Assembly (NCBI GenBank): GCA_036524475.1
Contig: DATDCF010000246.1
Span: 1 to 36,596, forward strand
Direction: 5' to 3'
DNA from: Acidimicrobiia bacterium
GTDB lineage: Bacteria; Actinomycetota; Acidimicrobiia; Spongiisociales; ZC4RG35
Length of the DNA stretch: 36,596 nt
A program made the position numbers and the translations under genes. Positions 8,617 to 18,014 of the stretch are shown here, piece after piece. How positions within the stretch are numbered: the stretch's first letter is position 1; every line of letters starts with the position of its first letter. The notes beneath the pieces are model-generated. The model had not been told where the DNA came from and did no database searches. It saw only the letters and a program-made list of their open reading frames with translations.

Positions 8617-9480
8617 CTAACTGGCCAGGATGCGGTCGGCTTCGGGAGTGACCAGGTCCTGGCTACGACCCATCCACCACACCAGACCCAACCCAAGCAC
8701 CCCGGCGATGAAACCGATCACCTGGTTCCAGGTGAAAGAGCCCACGACAGCGTCTCCGTTGTCGATCCGGAGGGCGTCGAGTAGGAACCGTTGGAAGCCG
8801 TACCAGGAGACCCAGATGAAGAACATCTGCCCGTAATGAACCGGGAGTCGCGTGTAGATCAAATAGAGAACGCCCAGGAGGACGATTGCCCCCAACATGT
8901 CATACGCGGCGACGTGGTGGTAGATGCCGCAGAAACCGTCGGGCCCGGCTTCGGCGGCGACACATTCGAGATTGTCATGCTGGGGTGCCACGTCGTAACC
9001 TGGCTTGATCCCATAACCCCACGCCACTGTGGTTGCGGTGCCGAGATGCTCCACAATCGCCAGGTCGCCAATACGACCGACGATTGTCCCCACGGCCAGG
9101 CCGAAAGTTGCGACGTCGAGGGTGGGCCACACCGCCAGACCGACCATCCGCATCCGGATCGCCCCGGCGATGATTCCACCAGCAAATCCCCCCATGATCG
9201 AAAAGTTGCCGGAGATCGGGTTCAAGGCTTCGGCGAGAGTCGCTCCGTCCATGAGTTGTGCCGGAGCGGTGAAGTATCGGGCACCGAGAAGGGCACCGAT
9301 CAGGCCCCACGTGAGGGCTGATTGATACTTTTCTGTGTCAAAGCCTCTCCGGCCGAGCATCCTGGTGGTGAGCCACGCCCCGGCGATGAACCCGAGGGCA
9401 GCGAACACGCCATGCAGGGAGAGTCGCAACGGGCCCACCTCAAAAATGGGAATCGGCGGGTAGGTGATGACTGCGAGCAC
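8617..9480 (-). CDS. lgt: prolipoprotein diacylglyceryl transferase
   Basis: 287-aa polytopic membrane ORF with GTG start. Lgt pattern: FEVGPLRLSLHGVF..., GARYF, GGFAGGIIAG, and GRIGDLAIVEHLG (GR-x-G-x-x-x-x-E-x-x-G). Confidence 0.88.
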   Translation of the reverse strand: MLAVITYPPIPIFEVGPLRLSLHGVFAALGFIAGAWLTTRMLGRRGFDTEKYQSALTWGLIGALLGARYFTAPAQLMDGATLAEALNPISGNFSIMGGFAGGIIAGAIRMRMVGLAVWPTLDVATFGLAVGTIVGRIGDLAIVEHLGTATTVAWGYGIKPGYDVAPQHDNLECVAAEAGPDGFCGIYHHVAAYDMLGAIVLLGVLYLIYTRLPVHYGQMFFIWVSWYGFQRFLLDALRIDNGDAVVGSFTWNQVIGFIAGVLGLGLVWWMGRSQDLVTPEADRILAS

Positions 9481-9532
9481 GGGAAGACCCTAACGACAAT
9501 CAGCAGGTTCAACATAGCTAAAGTCGACTCCC

Positions 9533-10693
9533 GTGAGTGATCTATTGACCGCAGTAGCCGAGGCCCTGGGGACCCCGGCCGACCTGATCAGTCGTTCTGC
9601 CGCCGCCCGCGCCGCAGCCAATGGAACTTCCACCGAAGATGTTCTCTCCGCATGGTCGGGCGGTGCCCCAATGACCGCCCCTCAAGCCCCTCCTCCCCAG
9701 GCGGATCCGCCGCCCGAGGCCGCAGCACCGGAAATCACCACCGAACTGCCCGCGCCGCAGCCCATCCCACTCGAGGTCGCGCAACCCGCGGCGACAGTTG
9801 TAGCGGTTGTCGAAGAATCGAAGCCGCTTGAACCCGTCGACCTATCTCATCGACTGAGAACAGCGGGCAGGGTAGGGGTTTGGACCGGAGCAGTCCTCGG
9901 GCTCTTCGCCTTTGTCGCGGCAACCTCCTGGTGGTCGCAGAACGCCACTGTGGCCGGCGAAGAGGTGTTGCGGCCGGTACTGGTGGCAGACAGTCAGTCC
10001 GTGATGATCGGCATAGCCCTGGCCAGTCTGGTCTTCGGGGCCATGGTCGCGTCGCTCGCCAGGGCTGCCGCCGGTTGGACAGACCCGGGGATGGCGTTGT
10101 CATCCTCGAAGTCTTCGACCGCTTGGATCGGGGCAGCCATCGGCCTGGCCCTTGGGTTCGGGGCAGGCGCGTTGCTCGCCAATGGCTTCGGCGTCCCCGT
10201 CGAAGGTTCGGAGGGATTGGTGCAGTTGCCCGTTCTGGTAACGCTTGCCGTCATGCTGGTCGGCGGGGCCTTCCTGGGCTGGGCCACGACTATTGCGACC
10301 CAGGTTTTTGGAATACCGGTCGCCGTCGACACTGCTGACACAGACGAGGTTGGCGTCGTCAGGGCGCGGCTCGCCAACGCAATCGGTATACCGTTAGCCT
10401 CGGTGGTTTTGCTGCTCGCCCTGGTCCTTCCCTTTGCTTGGACGTTGATTCGCTCCAACCATCTAAGTTCCGGCGGAGCAGCCATCATCGCAATCGTCGC
10501 CTCATCCGGGGTACTCGTTTTCGCCTCGCTGGCCGGTTCCAGACCCAACATGAAAATCAGCAGAGGTGAGTTCCTGGTGGCACTGGCCGGGATCGGGATC
10601 GTCTTGATCCTGGTGTTCGCCGTCCTCAACAACGTCGGTGGTGAACACACCGAGGAAGACACTGAGGCTGTCGTCCACCAGCTAGTCGTTTAG
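9533..10693 (+). CDS. hypothetical polytopic membrane protein with Pro/Ala-rich N-terminal region
   Basis: 386-aa ORF with GTG start. A soluble N-terminus (...PQAPPPQADPPPEAAAPE...) is followed by about 7 clear hydrophobic helices. No family recognised. Confidence 0.72.
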   Translation: MSDLLTAVAEALGTPADLISRSAAARAAANGTSTEDVLSAWSGGAPMTAPQAPPPQADPPPEAAAPEITTELPAPQPIPLEVAQPAATVVAVVEESKPLEPVDLSHRLRTAGRVGVWTGAVLGLFAFVAATSWWSQNATVAGEEVLRPVLVADSQSVMIGIALASLVFGAMVASLARAAAGWTDPGMALSSSKSSTAWIGAAIGLALGFGAGALLANGFGVPVEGSEGLVQLPVLVTLAVMLVGGAFLGWATTIATQVFGIPVAVDTADTDEVGVVRARLANAIGIPLASVVLLLALVLPFAWTLIRSNHLSSGGAAIIAIVASSGVLVFASLAGSRPNMKISRGEFLVALAGIGIVLILVFAVLNNVGGEHTEEDTEAVVHQLVV

Positions 10694-11649
10694 AGATCGG
10701 CCCGGTTGAGGGCCATCGACAAATCCCCATCGACCAGCACTCTGGAGACGTATTCCGCCACCTCGACCGCAACATGGTTTTGCGCCTCGTGGGTGGATGC
10801 ACCGAGATGCGGTGTCAAAGTGAGGTTCGGCGCACTCAGCAGAGAACTGGATGGTGACAGCGGTTCTTCGTCGTAGACATCCAGCCCGGCCCCGGCGAGA
10901 TGCCCGGAGGCAAGTGCCCCGGCGAGATCAGACTCGTTGACCACACCTCCACGGGAGGCGTTGACCAAAAATGTCCCTGGTTTCATACGCGAAATTGCAT
11001 CCGCATCGATCATCCCTCTTGTCTCTTCGGTGAGCGGTACGTGACACGAAATGATGTCAGCTGTCTCGATCACCTCGTCGAGATCGGTGAGACGGGATCC
11101 AATCTCCGACGCTCGCTTCGGAGCCAGATATGGGTCGTAGATGACCACCTCCATGCCAAAGGCCTGGCAACGTATTGCGACTTCGGCCCCGATTCGACCT
11201 GCCCCTATCAATCCGAGACGACGTCCGCGAAGTTCGGATCCTTTGAAGAAAGCCCGATCCCAGCGGCCGGCCCGGATCGATGCATCAGCCGCAGCGACCT
11301 GTCTCACCGTTGCGAGGATCAGAGCCATTGTCATCTCGGCGGCGGCGATGGTGTTACCTGCCGGAGCGTTGACTACGGCCACACCGCGCTCGGTTGCTGC
11401 CGCAATATCGATGTTGTCGACGCCCACACCGGCCCGTCCCACCACCCGGAGATTTGGCCCTACGTCGAGCATCACGGCATCGACCGTCGTTGCGCTCCGC
11501 ACGATGAGGGCGTTGGCGTTATTCAGAGCTTGTGAGAAAGCTTCGGAGTTGGAGTCATGTTGGTAGACAACGGAAAATCGGTCATCCTGATTCAATATCG
11601 CGAGACCGGATTCCGCCACCTTGTCGGTGACCAGGACCAAGAACGTCAC
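10690..11649 (-). CDS. D-isomer-specific 2-hydroxyacid dehydrogenase (phosphoglycerate dehydrogenase or hydroxypyruvate reductase type)
   Basis: 319-aa ORF with GTG start overlapping the upstream stop (GTGA). Motifs: NAD-binding GLIGAGRIGAEVA, ISCHVPLTEETRGMID, LVNASRGGVVNESDL, GAGLDVYDEEP, TPHLGAST. Confidence 0.9.
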   Translation of the reverse strand: MTFLVLVTDKVAESGLAILNQDDRFSVVYQHDSNSEAFSQALNNANALIVRSATTVDAVMLDVGPNLRVVGRAGVGVDNIDIAAATERGVAVVNAPAGNTIAAAEMTMALILATVRQVAAADASIRAGRWDRAFFKGSELRGRRLGLIGAGRIGAEVAIRCQAFGMEVVIYDPYLAPKRASEIGSRLTDLDEVIETADIISCHVPLTEETRGMIDADAISRMKPGTFLVNASRGGVVNESDLAGALASGHLAGAGLDVYDEEPLSPSSSLLSAPNLTLTPHLGASTHEAQNHVAVEVAEYVSRVLVDGDLSMALNRADL

Positions 11650-12743
11650 CGAAGCGCACCGCCGACCACTTCAAGCAGTCCGTCGAGCTCATCGACGGTG
11701 TGATCGCCCATGTGGCCGATGCGAATCGTCGACTCAGAAAGCTTCCCGTAGCCACCCCCGATCACCCACCCGGCACCCTGCACCCGATCAACGAGGGCGG
11801 GCGCCGCCACTCCTTCAGGCATCGACACGCATGTGACTGTCGGGGAACGATGGCCTTCCCCGGCGAAAACTCCGACCCCGATTCCGTCGCTCTTCATGCT
11901 TTCGATCCACTCAAAAGTCCGCGCCTGCATGTCGAGGTGGCGTTGCCACCGGGCCTTCATGCCTTCGGAAGACATCCGATGAAGTTGCACCTGGAGGGAA
12001 TAGAGCAGTGACACGGCCGGAGTCGCCGGGGATTGGTGCTGTCGCGCCTGGTCGACCAGATCGACCAGATCGAAATACCAACCCTTGTTAGGTGCGGCCT
12101 TGGAACGGTTGAGCAGGGCATCGGAGGCGACGCCGAATGCCAGGCCGGGAGGAAGTGCAACTGCCTTCTGGGAGCCGGTGAGGATGAAGTCGATGCCCCA
12201 TTCGTCGGTATGGGTCTCCACGCCGCCAATCCCGGTGACCGAATCAACGAGCAACAGTGTTTGAGGGAACCTGGCCACCACGGCGGCAATCGATTCGAGA
12301 TCTTGCAGTGCTCCAGTAGACGTCTCCGATTGCGAGAGGGTGACGGCGTCGTAGGCCCCGGCAGAGAGACGGGACTCTAATTCGTCGGGGGAATGAACCG
12401 ACCCCCAGGCGACCTCCCACCGGTCGACGTTGTGGCCGCATGCGGCAGCGATTTTGGCGAACCTGCCCGAGAAGGCCCCATTGACGAGGCTCAAAACATC
12501 TCCGGTGATGACCCCGTTTCGGATAGCCCCCTCCATCAGGCCGCTTGCCGACGAGGTGGATACCACGACAGTGCGCTCGGTCTGGAACAGTTCGCTCAGA
12601 CCGGGCTCGATGTCCTGCATCAAATCGACGATCGCCGGGCCACGATGCCCGATCATGGGTTTGGTCTGGGCGGCGAGGACGTCGGGGTGGACTTCCGTGG
12701 GGCCGGGCAAGAAGAAGCGCCCGAACGGCTGTGAGGTCGTCAT
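11646..12743 (-). CDS. class-V pyridoxal-phosphate aminotransferase (AGXT / serine-pyruvate or phosphoserine aminotransferase type)
   Basis: 365-aa ORF. Motifs: FLPGPTEVHPDVL, IGHRGPAIVDLM, and the PLP-lysine context TGSQKAVALPPGLAF. Confidence 0.9.
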   Translation of the reverse strand: MTTSQPFGRFFLPGPTEVHPDVLAAQTKPMIGHRGPAIVDLMQDIEPGLSELFQTERTVVVSTSSASGLMEGAIRNGVITGDVLSLVNGAFSGRFAKIAAACGHNVDRWEVAWGSVHSPDELESRLSAGAYDAVTLSQSETSTGALQDLESIAAVVARFPQTLLLVDSVTGIGGVETHTDEWGIDFILTGSQKAVALPPGLAFGVASDALLNRSKAAPNKGWYFDLVDLVDQARQHQSPATPAVSLLYSLQVQLHRMSSEGMKARWQRHLDMQARTFEWIESMKSDGIGVGVFAGEGHRSPTVTCVSMPEGVAAPALVDRVQGAGWVIGGGYGKLSESTIRIGHMGDHTVDELDGLLEVVGGALR

Positions 12744-12758
12744 TGTGGTCTTTCTTCC

Positions 12759-13064
12759 TCAACCATCAGTCAAGGAGATAGCGTATTTGGTTGTGTCTCG
12801 AAGTTCCCAGTCAACCACAAGGAGCTCGCCCGTTCGCTGATGTTCCCGGAGGTGGGCCAATGGGAATTCGTACTCCTGTCCTTCGATCGGGACAAATGTT
12901 ATCTCGGTACCGGCCGCCAACACGGTGAAGGACTCGATTTCGACCAGTGTCCCATCGACAGCGGTCACGACGCCAATGGTCGTCCCCTCAGATTGTGTGC
13001 AGGCGACCAGCAGGAGCACCATGCCGACGACCCCGAGTCGGGCCGACACAGACGACACCGTCAT
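12759..13064 (-). CDS. small hypothetical lipoprotein
   Basis: 101-aa ORF. The ATG overlaps the stop of the upstream subunit IV gene (ATGA). It has a signal peptide with lipobox LLLVAC. The mature part of about 75 aa has no recognised family. Confidence 0.6.
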   Translation of the reverse strand: MTVSSVSARLGVVGMVLLLVACTQSEGTTIGVVTAVDGTLVEIESFTVLAAGTEITFVPIEGQEYEFPLAHLREHQRTGELLVVDWELRDTTKYAISLTDG

Positions 13065-13372
13065 ACGGCCTGGACGAAGATGACTCCCAACGCGGTCAAC
13101 ACAATGGTGTAGAGACTGAGCGCCAGAACGAAACCTGCAGTAAAAAACCGGTTGAGCATCGGCTTTTCGTAGCGAAGGTGCATATACCAGCCCACCACGA
13201 TGATGAACTTCGCCACTGCCAGGGCGATGAGGATCGCGGCATTTGCAAACCCCAGACCCAGTTCCCGGTCGATGTAGTACATGGCTACCTCGATTGCGGT
13301 GAGCCCGGCAAGCACGACGGCGATCTTCCAGTACATCGCCGGTGCCGGATGGGTGGCGTGCTCGTCACTCAT
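13061..13372 (-). CDS. ctaF: cytochrome c oxidase subunit IV (caa3/Bacillus CtaF-like small subunit)
   Basis: 103-aa ORF with three hydrophobic helices. Its position directly after subunit III (ATGA overlap) and its size and pattern (YWKIAVVLAGLTAIEV...KFIIVVGWYMHL) fit the prokaryotic COX4 family. Confidence 0.78.
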   Translation of the reverse strand: MSDEHATHPAPAMYWKIAVVLAGLTAIEVAMYYIDRELGLGFANAAILIALAVAKFIIVVGWYMHLRYEKPMLNRFFTAGFVLALSLYTIVLTALGVIFVQAV

Positions 13373-14013
13373 CCTGGTGGTACCGAAAGGAGGTACACGA
13401 CTGTGAAGATCACGATCCAGATTATGTCGACAAAGTGCCAGTAGAGCCCGACCAATTCGAGGTTGAGTCCGTGCTTATCACTCAAGCCGTCCTGTCGACG
13501 CGAGATTCCCCACAAGGAGAGGAGCATCAACACACCGATGGCGACATGGGCCCCGTGAAAACCGGTGAGCAGATAAAAAGCAGACGCCGCCGGGTTGGTG
13601 GAGAGCGTCATGTCGTACTCGACTATGAACTCGGTGAATTCGAACACCTGACCGCCGATGAAGATCGCTCCCAGGGCGGCGGTGGCGAAGAGCCACGTCC
13701 GTGCCCCGTATTGGTCGTGCCGGCTCAATGCGTTGTGCGCCAGGACCATCGTCAATGAGCTCATCAGAAGGACGAAGGAGCTGACCGATGTGAAAGGGAT
13801 GTCGTAGATCTCAGCCGGATACGTGCCGGGGAAGCCTCCACGGTTGGCATAGAGGAGGTAATTGGAGATGAGGGCCCCGAAAAAGAGAAACTCCGAACTG
13901 AGGAAGATCCACATCCCGAGCTTGCGGTTGTCGATACCGGTCGACTCATGTTCGTCGTGATGACCCAGTTCACCGTCCAACGAGCCGACGTCGTGGGCGA
14001 GGTCACTCATCAT
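13369..14013 (-). CDS. ctaE: cytochrome c oxidase subunit III
   Basis: 214-aa ORF. Heme-copper oxidase subunit III pattern: GMWIFLSSEFLFFGALI, FYLLTGFHGAHVAIGV, YWHFVDIIWIVIF. Confidence 0.92.
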   Translation of the reverse strand: MMSDLAHDVGSLDGELGHHDEHESTGIDNRKLGMWIFLSSEFLFFGALISNYLLYANRGGFPGTYPAEIYDIPFTSVSSFVLLMSSLTMVLAHNALSRHDQYGARTWLFATAALGAIFIGGQVFEFTEFIVEYDMTLSTNPAASAFYLLTGFHGAHVAIGVLMLLSLWGISRRQDGLSDKHGLNLELVGLYWHFVDIIWIVIFTVVYLLSVPPG

Positions 14014-16066
14014 CTACCTCGATGCCCGGCTCCTCGACCATTTCCTGAGGCTCCTCATAGGCTTCCTCGTGCGGTTCCGGCATGGCATCTTCCAGAGGTT
14101 CGATTCCCCACCCAATCAATGCGGACAGTGAGATCAGCGCGCCAACGACCATGGCGATCTTGCCGACCATGGATTCGTGATAGATCACGCCGTAAAAGAT
14201 GATCGGTAGCCCGGCGGCCATGACAATCGGGAAGTATGACGGCGCGGGTAGATGAATCGGGACCGGCGGGTTGAGACCGACCTCTTCGTAATAAGTGATC
14301 AACGTGTCGGCCTCGGGTCTCCGAACGGCCCGGCCCTCGTCATCGTGGCCATACTTCTGATGCCAGAAGTCGTCCAACTGATTCACAACCGGTGCGACAG
14401 CGAAGTTGTACTCAGGAGTCGGATTGGGGATCGTCCACTCCAGGGTCCGTGCGTCCCAGGGATCGAGACCCGACGGCTGCCCTCGCTTCTTCGAAGCCCA
14501 CCAGTTGTACATGAAAACTGCAATCGAGAGGGCGATGATGAAGGCACCGATGGTGACCACGAGATTCCAGGGTTCGAGACCGGTTTCAGGTGCGTACTTC
14601 CAAGTCCTCCGGACCATCCCTTGCAAGCCGAGCCAATGCATCGGGGCAAATGTGAGATTGAACCCGATGAACATCAGCCAGAAGTGGAGCTTGCCCAACT
14701 TTTCGCTCATGAGACGACCACGAAGCTTGGGGTACCAATAGTAGAGGCCGCCAAAGATCCCGAAAATGGCGCCACCGAAGAGGACATAGTGGAAGTGGGC
14801 CACGATGTAGTAGGTATCGGTCTGTTGCCAGTCGGACGGGACGACTGCGTGGGTCACACCGGAGAGTCCACCGATGGTGAACATCGCCACGAAACCAATT
14901 GCGAAGAGCATCGGCGTCGCCAGACGTATCTTGCCCATCCACATCGTGCCCAGCCAGTTGAATATCTTGATACCAGTCGGGATGGCGATCGTCATGGTCG
15001 CCAATCCGAAGGCTGCCTGGGCGACAGGGGTGATTCCGGAGGCAAACATGTGGTGTGCCCAAACGCCGAAACCGAGGAAGGCGATGGCGGCGCCCGCAAA
15101 GACAACCGCCGAGTATCCGAACAGTGGTTTTCGCGAGAACACCGGGATGATCTCGGAGACCATGCCCATGGCAGGGAGAATCAGGATGTAGACCTCGGGG
15201 TGGCCGAAGAGCCAGAAGAGGTGTTGCCAGAGAATGGGGTCCCCACCCCCGGCCGCGTCGAAGAACAGTGACCCGAATTGACGGTCGAAGGTGACCATGA
15301 AAAGAGCCACAGCGATGATGGGAAGTGAGAACAACAACAAGAAGGCGGTCACGGTTGACATCCAGGCGAAGACCGGCATGCGAAGAAGACGCATCCCCTT
15401 CGCCCGCATGTTGAAAACAGTGACGATGAAGTTGACCGAGGAGATCAGCGATGCCAGGCCGAGGATCTGAAGTCCCAACGCCCAGAAATCGAGTGCGGTG
15501 CCTGTCGAAAAGATCGGTCCGGCGTTGGGTTGGTAGCCGAACCATCCTCCGTCGGGGGCGTCGGCGAGGAAATTGAAACCGCCGGGGCCCCCGCCGACCG
15601 GAAGGTTTCCGTCGATCCCACCGATTCCGTCGACACCGACCGGCGCCAACGCTGAGCCGAAGATGAAAGTGGAATAGAGAAAGATTCCCCCGAACAGGAA
15701 GATCCACCACGAGAGTGCATTGAGTCTGGGGAAGGCCACGTCGCGGGCACCGATGAGCAACGGGAGCATGTAGTTCATGAACGCCGATGACACCGGCATC
15801 ACGAAAAGGAAAATCATGGTCGTTCCGTGCATCGTGAACAGAGCGTTGTACGCCCCGGCAGTCAGGAATTCCGAGTTGGCCTGAGCAAGGTGGATCCGGA
15901 GCAGTAGTGCCTCCACTCCGCCGACGATGAAGAAGAAGAAGGCGGCATATCCATACATGATCCCGATCTTCTTGTGGTCGACTGTTGTGATCCACGACCA
16001 GAACCCGGTGTAAGACTTCGGTCTCCTGAAGACAGTTGAGGCGGGTCGCTCGGCGGTGGCGGTCAC
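14003..16066 (-). CDS. ctaD: cytochrome c oxidase subunit I (14-TM form with acidic C-terminal tail)
   Basis: 687-aa ORF with GTG start (GTGA overlap with the ctaC stop). Invariant motifs: WLFGHPEVYILILPAMG, WAHHMFASG, VAHFHYVL. A roughly 115-aa C-terminal extension carries two extra hydrophobic helices and the tail EEAYEEPQEMVEEPGIEVDDE. Confidence 0.95.
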   Translation of the reverse strand: MTATAERPASTVFRRPKSYTGFWSWITTVDHKKIGIMYGYAAFFFFIVGGVEALLLRIHLAQANSEFLTAGAYNALFTMHGTTMIFLFVMPVSSAFMNYMLPLLIGARDVAFPRLNALSWWIFLFGGIFLYSTFIFGSALAPVGVDGIGGIDGNLPVGGGPGGFNFLADAPDGGWFGYQPNAGPIFSTGTALDFWALGLQILGLASLISSVNFIVTVFNMRAKGMRLLRMPVFAWMSTVTAFLLLFSLPIIAVALFMVTFDRQFGSLFFDAAGGGDPILWQHLFWLFGHPEVYILILPAMGMVSEIIPVFSRKPLFGYSAVVFAGAAIAFLGFGVWAHHMFASGITPVAQAAFGLATMTIAIPTGIKIFNWLGTMWMGKIRLATPMLFAIGFVAMFTIGGLSGVTHAVVPSDWQQTDTYYIVAHFHYVLFGGAIFGIFGGLYYWYPKLRGRLMSEKLGKLHFWLMFIGFNLTFAPMHWLGLQGMVRRTWKYAPETGLEPWNLVVTIGAFIIALSIAVFMYNWWASKKRGQPSGLDPWDARTLEWTIPNPTPEYNFAVAPVVNQLDDFWHQKYGHDDEGRAVRRPEADTLITYYEEVGLNPPVPIHLPAPSYFPIVMAAGLPIIFYGVIYHESMVGKIAMVVGALISLSALIGWGIEPLEDAMPEPHEEAYEEPQEMVEEPGIEVDDE

Positions 16067-17181
16067 TTATTGCTCCCCAGCCAGGCGATCAACGAGTCGA
16101 TCTCTTGTTCTGTCAGGGCCAGGTTGGGCATATAACTGCCCGGCTTGATCTCCGGCGGGGCGGCCAACCACCGTTTCAGGGCCTCATCGTAAGTCTCACC
16201 CTCCTCGGGGAGGACCGCGCCGGCGAAGACATTACGCGACGCAAAATGGGTCAAATTGGGCCCCTCGAAATTGCCAGCGGCGACGATGTTGGAATCAGCG
16301 TCATTTTCGTGGATGACCGTGTGACATAGTGTACAACCCTTGGACAAGAAGATCTCCCACCCGTCTCCTTCCGGGGTGCCCTCGGCGGGGAGTACAGCCG
16401 GTTGGAGCTGGCCCTCTACCCAGGCTTCGTAGTCGGCCTCGCTGACGGCTTGCACCCTGGCGCGCATCAGGGAATGAGAGAGCCCGCAGAACTCGGCGCA
16501 GTGCCCCCAGAATTCCCCCGGCTCGTCGGCTTGAAGCCGGAGCAGAGTGGTCTGGCCCGGGATCAGATACCGCTTCCCATTGAGTGCGGGAATCCAGAAG
16601 TTGTGGATCACGTCGTCTGATGTCATCTGGGCGCACACCTCACGCCCGGCCGGGATCACCATGACATTGGCTGTCTGGATCCCCTCCTCCGGATAGCGGA
16701 ACTCGAACCACCACTGGTGACCGATGACCTCGACCTCCATGGCATCGGACCCGCACTCTGTCAGGTCGAATATCGCAGAAACGGTTGGCACCGAAATCAC
16801 CGCCAGGATGATCGCCGGGATCACGGTCCATATGACTTCCAGCTTCGGGCTCCCGTGGATCTGCTTGGCTTCCTTTTCGCCACCCTTGTCACGAAACAGG
16901 AGCACGATCAACAGGATTGCACCCTGGACAAGAACGAATACCACTACTGCGATCCAGAACACCGGCCAGAACAAGCCGTTGATTTGCTCGGCGAAAGGAC
17001 CCTTCGGATCAAACGTCGTCAGCGGCTGGTCGACCTCTTCGAAAAGTGAACAAGATGCCAGAAAGAGCGACATCCCGCCCAGTAGCAGAAGGCGTGTCCA
17101 TCGTTTCGGGGTTGGAACCATTGCGCCGGCATCATAAGGTGTCTTTCCCGGGCCAACCAACTTCATCCGCAAGCGACTCAC
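16063..17181 (-). CDS. ctaC: cytochrome c oxidase subunit II with fused C-terminal cytochrome c domain (caa3 type)
   Basis: 372-aa ORF. It has lipobox FLASC, the CuA site HCAEFCGLSHSLM, and the C-terminal heme-c motif CTLCH. ATG 17166 (MKLVG...) is an alternative start. Confidence 0.95.
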   Translation of the reverse strand: MSRLRMKLVGPGKTPYDAGAMVPTPKRWTRLLLLGGMSLFLASCSLFEEVDQPLTTFDPKGPFAEQINGLFWPVFWIAVVVFVLVQGAILLIVLLFRDKGGEKEAKQIHGSPKLEVIWTVIPAIILAVISVPTVSAIFDLTECGSDAMEVEVIGHQWWFEFRYPEEGIQTANVMVIPAGREVCAQMTSDDVIHNFWIPALNGKRYLIPGQTTLLRLQADEPGEFWGHCAEFCGLSHSLMRARVQAVSEADYEAWVEGQLQPAVLPAEGTPEGDGWEIFLSKGCTLCHTVIHENDADSNIVAAGNFEGPNLTHFASRNVFAGAVLPEEGETYDEALKRWLAAPPEIKPGSYMPNLALTEQEIDSLIAWLGSNK

Positions 17182-18014
17182 CCTGCCATCACATCCTCGA
17201 GGGCATTAGCCAAATCGGTATCGGAAACAGCTCCCTCGAAGAGGGAAGAGACGATGCCCATCTCATCAACGACATACAGCCACGGTTCGCTGGGAAGCCC
17301 CCAATCTTCAACCGCGTCCACCACAACGAGGTCGGTGGCAGACTCCACCTGGAGATCCCGGTACACCTCGACATGGATGAAGTCGACGCCCGGATAATCG
17401 GGACGGAGACTCTTAACCTGGTCGAGCATCGGGCCGCACGCCTGACTGGCACAAAACGCAGGTGTAGCAAAAACGATCAACGTCGGCCTGCCATTGGAGA
17501 TGGCCTCGTCGACCGACAACTCGTAAAGGGCCGGGTCGGGATCGGGATCTGAGGAGATCGTCGCTAGATCGGGAAACTCCCCGACCGTCCGTGTTGGTGT
17601 CGCCGGGGCCGATTCGCCGCGGAAAATGTTGACGGGGTCGTCCACCGCAGTGAACCCACTGGGACCGCTCTCGTTGAACCCCTCGGCCTCGACCGTGATC
17701 TGGTACACGCCGGCTTCCGGAATGTCGACCGTCGTGCTGTAGATCCCGCGCTCGTCGGGCACTGTCCAAACAAACTCGAGATCGTAGGTCCCCACGGGCG
17801 TGCCATTCTCGTCCCGAAGCAAGAGCGTGGCTTCCCGGTCTTCGGTGGCAAGGAACTCATTGGTGGCGACGTCGACGAGTGCGACAAGAAGTCGCTGTTC
17901 GCCGGTGCCGATCGACAGTGGACTCGAAGCCACCACCGCCAAAGGCGTAGTCGTCGAATTACAGCCGGCTGCCACGGCGCAGAGCAACCCGAATGCCAAG
18001 AACCGGACCTTCAT
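17178..18014 (-). CDS. thioredoxin-fold lipoprotein with N-terminal Ig-like domain (putative oxidase assembly factor)
   Basis: I take the start at ATG 18014-18012 (MKVRFLAFGLLCAVAAGC, lipobox AAGC), which shares one base with the ctaB stop (TGATG). The track ORF's 54 extra N-terminal residues lie inside ctaB. The C-terminal half has a strand-then-Cys-pair pattern, TLIVFATPAFCASQACGP, resembling Trx/Sco/redoxin folds. The functional call is inference. Confidence 0.75.
   Translation of the reverse strand: MKVRFLAFGLLCAVAAGCNSTTTPLAVVASSPLSIGTGEQRLLVALVDVATNEFLATEDREATLLLRDENGTPVGTYDLEFVWTVPDERGIYSTTVDIPEAGVYQITVEAEGFNESGPSGFTAVDDPVNIFRGESAPATPTRTVGEFPDLATISSDPDPDPALYELSVDEAISNGRPTLIVFATPAFCASQACGPMLDQVKSLRPDYPGVDFIHVEVYRDLQVESATDLVVVDAVEDWGLPSEPWLYVVDEMGIVSSLFEGAVSDTDLANALEDVMAG

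Noticed and set aside
14003-14350. The roughly 115-aa C-terminal extension of CtaD (two extra TM helices) looked like a fusion with an actinobacterial-type subunit IV.
   Set aside because: Fourteen-helix subunit I proteins are a known feature of caa3-type oxidases such as Bacillus subtilis CtaD, and a separate subunit IV gene is present at 13061..13372. Only the acidic tail is unusual, and that is weak evidence for anything novel.
14252-15995. Long alternative-frame and antisense ORFs inside ctaD (14252..15271 +, 339 aa; 14586..15995 -, 469 aa). Similar cases elsewhere: 1622..2392 -, 4404..5345 +, 9994..10662 -, 21739..22671 -, 28461..29537 -, 30511..31395 +.
   Set aside because: Each lies wholly within a gene whose own frame carries unambiguous family motifs. 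Their products are Arg/Pro/Gly-rich low-complexity strings, as is typical of stop-poor off-frames in GC-rich DNA. There is no independent support.
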